Shown: one piece after another, positions 37,589-45,207 of the stretch | Layout: the number at the start of each line of letters is the position of its first letter | Numbering within the stretch: the stretch's first letter is position 1 | Virus record (IMG/VR): IMGVR_UViG_3300028593_000003 | From: a virus | Taxonomy: Duplodnaviria; Caudoviricetes | Length of the DNA stretch: 64,000 nt | Reading direction: 5' to 3' (one strand) | Made by a program: the position numbers and the translations under genes | Notes under the pieces: model-generated | What the model was told of the DNA's origin: nothing | The model's input: the letters and a program-made list of their open reading frames with translations, nothing else | Database searches by the model: none

Positions 37589-37725
37589 ATGTTGGGGAAC
37601 AATTGTAAACGGCTCTTTTAGGGGTGTTTTCTTCTTCTGGAAAAAACCAATCGAATATTCAGCCCCTCGTTTTCAATTTAGGGAAATTGATTAACCGAAG
37701 TATCCGAATACCGCACCACCAACAT
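37589..37725 (-). ncRNA. Y-RNA-like unit 3 (~137 nt, 83-nt insert)
   Basis: AUGUUGG/CCAACAU terminal stem; GGUGGUG, AUACUUCG, UGUUCCCC; two internal hairpins. Confidence 0.78.
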
Positions 37726-37734
37726 AAATTTTCA

Positions 37735-37987
37735 TTCATCGGGGAACAGATGGAAATGGGGTGGGGATTAGCAATCCCCGAAAGAACATTTACCTCATCC
37801 TGTTCTTCCCACACCGTAAAAGGAACTACTTGCCCAATTTATTTTGTTCCTGTATGTGAGAACGGCTCCAATGAGGGCTTCGGCCCGTAAAGGTCGAATG
37901 TCTGAGCCGCACCATAACCGTGATTATGGTTCGGGCACCCATAATAGTCATCTGTACGAAGTAACCACTTCCGACGCCACCGATGAA
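37735..37987 (-). ncRNA. Y-RNA-like unit 4 (~253 nt, 197-nt multibranch insert)
   Basis: UUCAUCGG/CCGAUGAA terminal stem; GGAAGUGG/CCAUUUCC; UUACUUCG; at least 6 internal helices. Confidence 0.8.
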
Positions 37988-38006
37988 AATATCAAAGAAC
38001 TATGTT

Positions 38007-38035
38007 ATAATAACATATTTACTTATAAATGTAAA
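38007..38035 (-). promoter_or_regulatory. Early promoter for the Y RNA array-rsr operon
   Basis: GTTTACA-17 nt-TATTAT with extended -10 TG, ~20 nt upstream of unit 4. Confidence 0.75.
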
Positions 38036-38039
38036 CAAA

Positions 38040-38360
38040 TTATTTTCTTTTCAATGAAGATTTCTTGGATTTTTCTTCAACTGCCTGTTTTTCTTCAGTT
38101 ATTGGTGCGCCCACCTTCTCGTCAGAGGTTTTTGTACCTACTGTTTTGTCAACAATCCAGTATCTTACCTCGTCAGATATGGCGTCCACTCTTGAAGCCA
38201 GACCGGAAGAAATAACCCGATGATTTGGGCCTACCCTTCTTATAAGGGTGTTTATAGCCTCTTCGTGTGACCACGAAACGACAAAGGCCGTCCACATTGA
38301 CATATCACGGAGTAATTCGTATTCAATACGAAATACCGACATATTTTTCTTCTCACCCAT
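38040..38360 (-). CDS. Hypothetical protein
   Basis: GGAGG RBS; packed operon. Confidence 0.6.
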   Translation of the reverse strand: MGEKKNMSVFRIEYELLRDMSMWTAFVVSWSHEEAINTLIRRVGPNHRVISSGLASRVDAISDEVRYWIVDKTVGTKTSDEKVGAPITEEKQAVEEKSKKSSLKRK

Positions 38361-38365
38361 ACTGC

Positions 38366-38566
38366 TTATTCCTCCATTTTTTCTATCACAGGTATATATT
38401 CAATTTTCTTGTCGCCCTTGATTTCAATTATCTTGAAATAGGTAATCAAGTCTCCGGGCTTTTTTGTCGCCTTCTGAGCTATAACAGATTTGCCCTCAAG
38501 AAAACATTCGCCCACTATATAATCCTTTGGGCCTTCTGGAAGTTCGTGAAAATCTTTCTCTCTCAT
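38366..38566 (-). CDS. Hypothetical protein
   Basis: GAGG RBS; packed operon. Confidence 0.55.
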   Translation of the reverse strand: MREKDFHELPEGPKDYIVGECFLEGKSVIAQKATKKPGDLITYFKIIEIKGDKKIEYIPVIEKMEE

Positions 38567-38671
38567 AAAACCTCACTTATTTTTTCTTCTTACCTTTCTT
38601 CTTATCTTTTTTTGCCGGTTGTTTTTTCTTGGAAGCCATTTTCATCACCCCCGTTTTGTGTATACAATTAT

Positions 38672-39775
38672 TTACTTTTTTTTCCTCTTTCTATTATTAC
38701 CATTGATTTCTTCTTCATCGGCAACGGTTTCAAGTTCCGCTTCTGCTTCCTCGACTGCCCTATTGATGGCTGAATAACCAGTTTGTTTCAACCATTCATT
38801 GAACTTTGAGAGGAGCTGGGGATATTTACCGATGTTGGCTTCCGCTTTATCCCAACCGACACCTAGCTTTTCTTCTTTCTTCCCGTTGATAACTGTATAT
38901 GTCTTGCCCTCTTCTTTCACAAAACCGGCATTGATGAGATGTGTCAACAATCCAGCATACGGATTGATACCGTTGATGTAATCAATACTCACCGTCGCGT
39001 TTTGGAAAGGTGGATACATTCTGTTCTTGATTGTAATCGCTGTAATTTCGTTTCCGATAATTTTCTTTCCCTCTTTTATCGGGGTCTTTTTCAGGTTGAT
39101 AAGAATAGACGGGAACAATCTCATCGCCTTTCCACCACCAACCTGATCCGGCATCGGGATAACTCCGGGCGAACCATACAAATGACCCGTCACGATACCG
39201 ATGCTTTCCTGTTCAATACAGATATTCAGAAGGAGTTTCAGGAGAGCCCTGATATTCTTCTGCAACAGTCCTTGGTCTGCCTTCGGGTCACCACCGAGAG
39301 CATCCTCGAAGGCTTTATATCTGTCAACTCCACCCATACTGTCTATACCGATAATCAATTTTTTCTGCCCCGTGTCTTTTATCTGGGCAAGGTTACTCCT
39401 GATTTCATTTTCCCAAGGAGTGTATATATAAAGGGTGTTCTCAACATCAAGGCCCCACCTTACACAAAAATCTCTGTCCGTTCCCCTTTCGGTATCAATT
39501 ATAATGGGGTAATAACCTTTCTTCTGGGCTTCAGCCATACAGAGAACCATAAAACTTGATTTCATAGTGTGCTCTGGGCCGACAATACCGACAAGGCTTC
39601 TGTTCGGGATACCTCTCTCAATATCCCCCGATAAAACACGGTTCAAGTCGAGACTTGGAGTTTTGATCCAATCGGACACGGAGGCGATGTCTGACTGTGC
39701 CATAATAGATGCGTGAACACCCTTTACATTTTTGGCTATTCTTTTTTGTAAATCCTCAAAAAAACTTTTATCCAT
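38672..39775 (-). CDS. uvsX: RecA/UvsX-like recombinase
   Basis: T.S..LN..LSG, GPEHTMKS Walker A variant, IDTE, IDSMG, GGG.A, KNR..PPF. Confidence 0.92.
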   Translation of the reverse strand: MDKSFFEDLQKRIAKNVKGVHASIMAQSDIASVSDWIKTPSLDLNRVLSGDIERGIPNRSLVGIVGPEHTMKSSFMVLCMAEAQKKGYYPIIIDTERGTDRDFCVRWGLDVENTLYIYTPWENEIRSNLAQIKDTGQKKLIIGIDSMGGVDRYKAFEDALGGDPKADQGLLQKNIRALLKLLLNICIEQESIGIVTGHLYGSPGVIPMPDQVGGGKAMRLFPSILINLKKTPIKEGKKIIGNEITAITIKNRMYPPFQNATVSIDYINGINPYAGLLTHLINAGFVKEEGKTYTVINGKKEEKLGVGWDKAEANIGKYPQLLSKFNEWLKQTGYSAINRAVEEAEAELETVADEEEINGNNRKRKKK

Positions 39776-39794
39776 AAAAATCTCCTGTTATTAT

Positions 39795-39823
39795 ATTATA
39801 ACATATTTTATCACTATTGTAAA
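39795..39823 (-). promoter_or_regulatory. Early/middle promoter for uvsX
   Basis: TTTACA-17 nt-TATAAT with extended -10 TG. Confidence 0.75.
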
Positions 39824-42018
39824 GATATGTAGCTGAAACCGTCTTTTTTCTCCGCAATGTATATCCTGTCTATGTCCACATCGTTCACTTCTTTCCTGTG
39901 GCTTACAAGGAACATCTTGCTCCCATCTTCCTGTTGCTTTATTTTCAATATCTGCATAACCTTCTCAATTGAATAACTGTCGAGTGAGCTGTCCAGTATT
40001 TCATCCAGTTCAAGTATATCGGGGAAAATACCCGCCTGTATTCTGGCTATGTCCAGTAGAGCCATCTGTAGAGCGAAATCCACGCTCTTCGCCTCTCCAC
40101 CAGAAAGATTACCGTAAGAGCAATTGGTGATGCCCGGGCCCTTGATTTCCTCGTCCAACCAGTTGTCCAGAACAATATAGAATGAGTGGCCGACTTCCGA
40201 TAGATAATGGTTCACCCTCTTGTTCAAAAACGGGATGATGGAACTGATGGCATACTGCTTAACGTGCTCATCACGACAAATCAATTTTACGAAATCGAGA
40301 TAATCACTCACACCGGCTAATTTGGTTACCTGTGCGGACATTGCCCTCTTCTCCCTCTGAAGTTCTTCAATCTTCTCTTCGTGCTCTTTTATCAATGACT
40401 GAAATCTTTCTTTCGATTCTTTTTCGTGTCTGACCTTCTCTTCCAGTAATAATATTTTATTCTTGAGTGTCTGGATTTTCTCTGCCCGCTCATTCACCTC
40501 TATGAGTTCGATGTTCATCTCCTTCAATTCATCTTCCAGATTTTCTATCTTGTTTGAAATCTTTCCCTGTTCTTTCTTGAGATGTTCCAGTTCCTTTGTC
40601 TTTTCTTTTTTCTCTTTCTGGAAAGAGATGCCATTTTCCCTCTTCTCATCGAGATGTTTGTAACTGTCGAGTTTCCCCCTCAATTCAATCATCTTTATTT
40701 TTATGTCCGTCAAGTTTTTTATTTCCGTATTCAGTTTTATCCTGTTTTCCTTGGCTCCTGTCATTGCCGCTTCGAGAGTTATTTTCTTCTTTTCCAAAGT
40801 TTCTATTTTTTTGTTCAAGTCTTTCGTGCTTTTTGTTTTCTGTTTTGCCAGTTTCTCACTATCAATAAGAGAGCCACAAGTAGGGCATACAGTCACGCCC
40901 AGTAACAATTCAAGGCTGCTCGTAGACGATTTGATGTGTGTTTTGTTCTCTATAATGTCGTGTGTCACAGCATCCAAGTCTTTCCTGATGGCATCCACAT
41001 TGGTATTGATATGATTTACGTCTGTCATCATTGAGGCAATCCTGACATTCAACTCCTCTATTGATGTATGTTCTTTTGTATAAAAGTCATATTCCTTTTT
41101 TACCTGACCGGAAACTTCTATATCCTTGTCCACATCCCCGATTTTTTCCAATTGGCTCTCGATGAACTTTATCTGGCTCTCCGCCCCGGAAATCTTTGAT
41201 ATCAGGTCGTAGTTGGTTCTGGACAACCCGTTCAACTCTTCCTGTCTTTTTCTTTTTTTCTCTTGGAGATTTTCCTGTTTCTTCAGAAGATTTCCATTTT
41301 TACTTTCCTTGTATTCCTTTTTCGCTGTCTCCAACTCATCCTCATAAGACATTATTCCAGATATCTGCTGTTTGATACTCTCGACCTGTCTTTGGATATC
41401 CTCGACATTTTTTTCAATATACTCCCTTCTTGTTTTGTATGTGAATGTCTTGTCAGCCACCACCTTCAATTTTTCATTACACTTGTTGCTCAATTGGCTG
41501 AAAAGCTCCAGACCGAAAACTGTTTCAATGAACTTTCTTTTCTTGTCCGCGGTCATACTCAGTATCGGTACAGATGAATTGAGATTGGAATAGACGAGGG
41601 AAATAAAAGTCTTGAAATCCATACCGATGATTTCTTCCTCTATTTCCTTTTGATAGTCAATCTTATGTGACGGGGTTGGCATCAACCGGCCGTTCTTATA
41701 GACTTCCAACCTATCCGGTTTCAATGCCCTCAAAATCATATACTGCATTCCACCCTTATCGAAGGTGAGACAGACCTCGCAGTTTTTTCTGTTTTTCCAG
41801 TTTACAATACTCTCCTTCCTGACATTCCTGTTCACCTTCCCGAAGAGGGCAAATGGGATTGTCTCAAGGAAACCAGATTTTCCCACGGCATTACTCCTGT
41901 CTTTGGTCACATCGTTTCCCAAGACAAGGTTGAGGCCCGGAAGAAAATCCACATCCTGTACTATTTTTCCATAACTGAAAAAGTTACGAAACTTTACATT
42001 CTTGATTTCAAGTTTCAT
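39814..42018 (-). CDS. gp46: Rad50/SbcC-like recombination ATPase
   Basis: SNAVGKS, CPTCG zinc hook, LSGGE, LDEILD. Confidence 0.93.
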   Translation of the reverse strand: MKLEIKNVKFRNFFSYGKIVQDVDFLPGLNLVLGNDVTKDRSNAVGKSGFLETIPFALFGKVNRNVRKESIVNWKNRKNCEVCLTFDKGGMQYMILRALKPDRLEVYKNGRLMPTPSHKIDYQKEIEEEIIGMDFKTFISLVYSNLNSSVPILSMTADKKRKFIETVFGLELFSQLSNKCNEKLKVVADKTFTYKTRREYIEKNVEDIQRQVESIKQQISGIMSYEDELETAKKEYKESKNGNLLKKQENLQEKKRKRQEELNGLSRTNYDLISKISGAESQIKFIESQLEKIGDVDKDIEVSGQVKKEYDFYTKEHTSIEELNVRIASMMTDVNHINTNVDAIRKDLDAVTHDIIENKTHIKSSTSSLELLLGVTVCPTCGSLIDSEKLAKQKTKSTKDLNKKIETLEKKKITLEAAMTGAKENRIKLNTEIKNLTDIKIKMIELRGKLDSYKHLDEKRENGISFQKEKKEKTKELEHLKKEQGKISNKIENLEDELKEMNIELIEVNERAEKIQTLKNKILLLEEKVRHEKESKERFQSLIKEHEEKIEELQREKRAMSAQVTKLAGVSDYLDFVKLICRDEHVKQYAISSIIPFLNKRVNHYLSEVGHSFYIVLDNWLDEEIKGPGITNCSYGNLSGGEAKSVDFALQMALLDIARIQAGIFPDILELDEILDSSLDSYSIEKVMQILKIKQQEDGSKMFLVSHRKEVNDVDIDRIYIAEKKDGFSYISLQ

Positions 42019-42320
42019 TATTCTTCTTTTGCTGTGGCGTCTTTCTTATCCTGTATTTGTCGGGCAAGACCCAAAAGGGCGTAACCGGCGATGTCCTGAT
42101 ACGGACTTTCTCCAAGTGCATTTGGACTTGTTGCCAATCTGAATAATTTGTCAAGTATCCTCACTACACAAAGAGCATCATCCATCTGTTCGGTCTTTAT
42201 TCCCTCCGGATAAAGTATCTTCATAACCTTACCAGACTGACCGAAACTGTCACCGTAAGCAAGTTGCTTCTTTGTGACTATTTTTCCTACAGCTTGTCCT
42301 ATTTTTTCATAATCTGCCAT
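42018..42320 (-). CDS. Nucleotide-modification-associated (DUF1599/Nmad1-like) alpha-helical protein
   Basis: K..AYGDSF...DKLFR...DIAGYALL. Confidence 0.6.
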   Translation of the reverse strand: MADYEKIGQAVGKIVTKKQLAYGDSFGQSGKVMKILYPEGIKTEQMDDALCVVRILDKLFRLATSPNALGESPYQDIAGYALLGLARQIQDKKDATAKEE

Positions 42321-42713
42321 TTATTCCACCTCAAACAATTTATTATCAAGTGCGGGTTCGTATCCTTCTTCTCTTTTTTTGTATTCTCTCAATTGTGAAA
42401 GATTTTTCATCAATCCTTTCTTGAAAAAAATAAATTCCCTGAATGGTAAGCCAAGAACTTCCTCTATTTCTTCCAATGTGAGACTGTTTTTCATCTCATA
42501 GGTTTTGTGGAGAAAATCCAATCTGTCTATGAGCTGAATAAAATCATCCACAGTTTCGGCTCTGGCCAAGTAATCCCGAATTACTTTCAAAATATCTTTC
42601 GGGTCACAGAAGTGTCTCCAAGTATATGATGGGCCCGCAGTAGCCGTATTCGAATCCCAATATACATTATACTCATTATAATTCACATTGTTTATATTAT
42701 TGAATATGCTCAT
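42321..42713 (-). CDS. Hypothetical protein
   Basis: Coupled between gp47 and 42018-42320; ends LDNKLFEVE. Confidence 0.65.
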   Translation of the reverse strand: MSIFNNINNVNYNEYNVYWDSNTATAGPSYTWRHFCDPKDILKVIRDYLARAETVDDFIQLIDRLDFLHKTYEMKNSLTLEEIEEVLGLPFREFIFFKKGLMKNLSQLREYKKREEGYEPALDNKLFEVE

Positions 42714-43711
42714 TATGCGTCCTCTTTCAATAAACCACTTATGACTTGTCTCAATGTGGCTATTTTTATGTGGTCTGGTTTTTCCATTTTCTCAATATAC
42801 TCTGTCAATATGTCACGGGTACTTTTCAACTGGATATTTTCTGTATCGTCACCATTCGCACTCACGATATTGGATGACATTCTCGCAAAGTCCGTGAATA
42901 ACTGGATTGGCTGATATATCTGTACTTGCTCCAGTATTTTCATATTCTCCGATGTTCCGTAATCCTTTTTGTATACCAGTTTTACAATGTTTCCCCGTAT
43001 CTTTTCCGGTTTGATCTGTTCATCAGTTGTGACAACTACAAATTCCGGTGCGTCCTTGTACTGTATGAACTCAAGTTTGTCATCCTCAAAAACATAATAC
43101 CCCCTCTTGCTTCCCGCATCCCCGAAATTGAACTGGAACGGGGCGCCCAGATAAGTAATGTTATTTTTATGTGAGGGAATATGAAAGTGGCCGGAAAAGA
43201 CCTGCTCAAATCTGGAAAAATTCGTGATGTTTATATCGGACTTGTAAAACTCAAATCTCTGTACGACAGGGAACCCGTTGATTTCGAAGTGACCAAGAGC
43301 ATATCGGGCATCCGGAATGTCCTTCATCTCTGTGGCCCAAGGAACCATCACCATATCTTCCATTACTGTGACTTCATCTATTATTTTGATGTTTGGATGT
43401 TCCTCAAATACACTCAAACTCGTAGGATGGATTTTGTCCTTGTAGAATGTATCGTGGTTCCCGATAATAATAAAGACTTCGAGTTTGGCTTCGTGAAGGA
43501 GTTCGGCGATCTTCAGGGCATTGGATAGTGTCTTGATATTGAGATGTCTCCTGTTATCGAAGAAATCTCCCAAGTGAATAATCCTATCAATACACCTTTT
43601 TTTGCATACGTCTATAATTTCTTTGAAGAGAAGAATGGTTGCATCGTGCCATAAATCGGCCGACTTGTAAATTCCAAGATGGGTGTCACCGACAAGTAAA
43701 CAATTTTTCAT
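42713..43711 (-). CDS. gp47: Mre11/SbcD-like nuclease
   Basis: GDTHLG, LGDFFD, GNHD, GHFE, SGHFH. Confidence 0.93.
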   Translation of the reverse strand: MKNCLLVGDTHLGIYKSADLWHDATILLFKEIIDVCKKRCIDRIIHLGDFFDNRRHLNIKTLSNALKIAELLHEAKLEVFIIIGNHDTFYKDKIHPTSLSVFEEHPNIKIIDEVTVMEDMVMVPWATEMKDIPDARYALGHFEINGFPVVQRFEFYKSDINITNFSRFEQVFSGHFHIPSHKNNITYLGAPFQFNFGDAGSKRGYYVFEDDKLEFIQYKDAPEFVVVTTDEQIKPEKIRGNIVKLVYKKDYGTSENMKILEQVQIYQPIQLFTDFARMSSNIVSANGDDTENIQLKSTRDILTEYIEKMEKPDHIKIATLRQVISGLLKEDA

Positions 43712-44121
43712 TATTCTTTTTCACGGATTGCTTCATAGTTGATGGCGCTGTTAGCCGGTTTATTCGCCAGAAGTGAATACTCACGGTAACAGATATCTTT
43801 TATGTCACTATGTTTGTTCTGCTCCTTTATGTAGGTCAGGAAGGCATTTTTGCATATCTGTGTAATGTATGCAAAAGCGTTTTGTGATTTGGCTTCATCA
43901 AAGTTCCGGAGATACTTCAGACAAGTCAGAACAGCCTCCGAAATCATATCTTTTTTCCAAGTGTAACCTGCGAAGCTCCCTTTGGATGAAAAGTTTTCTG
44001 CTATTATCAGCAACATTCTCCCCAAATTTTCCGAGGCTCGGCCATTGGTTTTATAAATCACAATTTCAGCTAATAAATCACTATTTTTGATGTAATAATT
44101 GTCACCTTTTTTTGACATCAA
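43711..44121 (-). CDS. gp55: T4-like late-transcription sigma factor
   Basis: Y..N.DLL, IAE.FS.K..F.GYT..DMIS.A...NFD..KS.N.FAY.TQI..NAF; upstream of gp47/gp46 as in T4-like phages. Confidence 0.9.
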   Translation of the reverse strand: MMSKKGDNYYIKNSDLLAEIVIYKTNGRASENLGRMLLIIAENFSSKGSFAGYTWKKDMISEAVLTCLKYLRNFDEAKSQNAFAYITQICKNAFLTYIKEQNKHSDIKDICYREYSLLANKPANSAINYEAIREKE

Positions 44122-44142
44122 TTCCTCATTGTTACTGTAGAT

Positions 44143-44171
44143 ATTCTACACTATTTTGGAGCAAAGGTAAA
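44143..44171 (-). promoter_or_regulatory. Early/middle promoter for gp55-47-46
   Basis: GTTTACC-17 nt-TAGAAT. Confidence 0.7.
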
Positions 44172-44186
44172 CCTATAGGTGAAAAG

Positions 44187-44549
44187 TTATGATTTATTGT
44201 TTTGTTTTGAGATTTGATTTTCCAGATGTAGCTGTAGCCGGCTCAAATTACCGGATGCTTCAAGGTATTTCCTTCTGATATTTTCGTTTTTTGTTCGCAG
44301 TTTGTCTATTTCATAACCATCAAGGCAAAAGTCAAATTTGAGCTTTCCCCTATAATTTTTCTTCAATTGCTTGTTGAGTTCATTTATCTCTTCAATTATA
44401 TTTCTGTCCAGCTTATGCTTTTCCAGCATTTCGGACACTATTTCACGGTTAGCCGTGTTCACCTGATCCGTCAACTTGATGTTCAATGCCCGAAATATAT
44501 TGGTCTTGTTATCAAGACCCGAATTTGATAAGTGTTTCAGTAATCTCAT
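44187..44549 (-). CDS. Hypothetical protein
   Basis: TAATG coupling at the end of the baseplate operon. Confidence 0.6.
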   Translation of the reverse strand: MRLLKHLSNSGLDNKTNIFRALNIKLTDQVNTANREIVSEMLEKHKLDRNIIEEINELNKQLKKNYRGKLKFDFCLDGYEIDKLRTKNENIRRKYLEASGNLSRLQLHLENQISKQNNKS

Positions 44550-45196
44550 TATCCAACAAGAGTGATATAACTTTCGTTATTGTCAATTTTCCAAATTCTT
44601 ACAACATTGGCCGTCAGAGATTCTGCGACAATTTCCACAGTCTGTTTTGTGTCAACATCCCAGCATTGCACCAAAGGCCATTCATTATTGAAATTGTGGG
44701 TTATATCATATCTGTAGTTTCCCCACGGGCCTTCGAATGGATCATCTTCCGGTGGGATGGGCCCAACCCACTCGCTCGGAATAATATGTGTCACAAGTAT
44801 TTGCGCCCTTTCATTCCAGCTTTTTGCGAGAGCATTACTTACTGTTTTATTTTTTGTGACATCGGTATCGAGTTCATCAACTTCCGCCGTTGCGAGAGCA
44901 ATTTCAACATAGTCAACATACCCGTCATCAATAATGCCGGGTTTTGACCAGGCAATTTTGAACTTCTGCCCCGTGTACCCCTGAGATTCCAAACCGTCAC
45001 CAATCCAAAATTCAAAATAACCGTCCGATGTTGTGGTGACTTGAGGAGGTGTGTTGTCCGGTGGGGCTGCGCCACTTTCAGATTTGTATACCCAGGCGGG
45101 GGTGGATGAATTTGCCAGATAAACAGAAATCTCGGCCCCGTTTACTGGTTGACCTTCTTCGTTTTGTAGATAATGCCAAAAATGTGTTCTTGCCAT
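44549..45196 (-). CDS. Baseplate/fibre-associated structural protein
   Basis: N-terminal prealbumin-like motif (PV.GA.I.VY...TT.DGYF.F); C-terminal ITHNF...PLVQ domain also repeated in 45208-47385. Confidence 0.6.
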   Translation of the reverse strand: MARTHFWHYLQNEEGQPVNGAEISVYLANSSTPAWVYKSESGAAPPDNTPPQVTTTSDGYFEFWIGDGLESQGYTGQKFKIAWSKPGIIDDGYVDYVEIALATAEVDELDTDVTKNKTVSNALAKSWNERAQILVTHIIPSEWVGPIPPEDDPFEGPWGNYRYDITHNFNNEWPLVQCWDVDTKQTVEIVAESLTANVVRIWKIDNNESYITLVG

Positions 45197-45207
45197 ATTT
45201 TTACCTC

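Noticed and set aside
37332-37987. CRISPR array (repeated CGAAGTA..CGCCACC and GGGGAAC motifs)
   Set aside because: The repeats are split, degenerate and pair across each unit; inserts are 47-197 nt and structured; no cas genes are present. A Y-RNA scaffold beside Ro60 explains it better.
37624-38215. Plus-strand ORFs 37624-37890 and 37844-38215
   Set aside because: They overlap the structured RNA array and its promoter on the opposite strand, with no RBS or protein-like features
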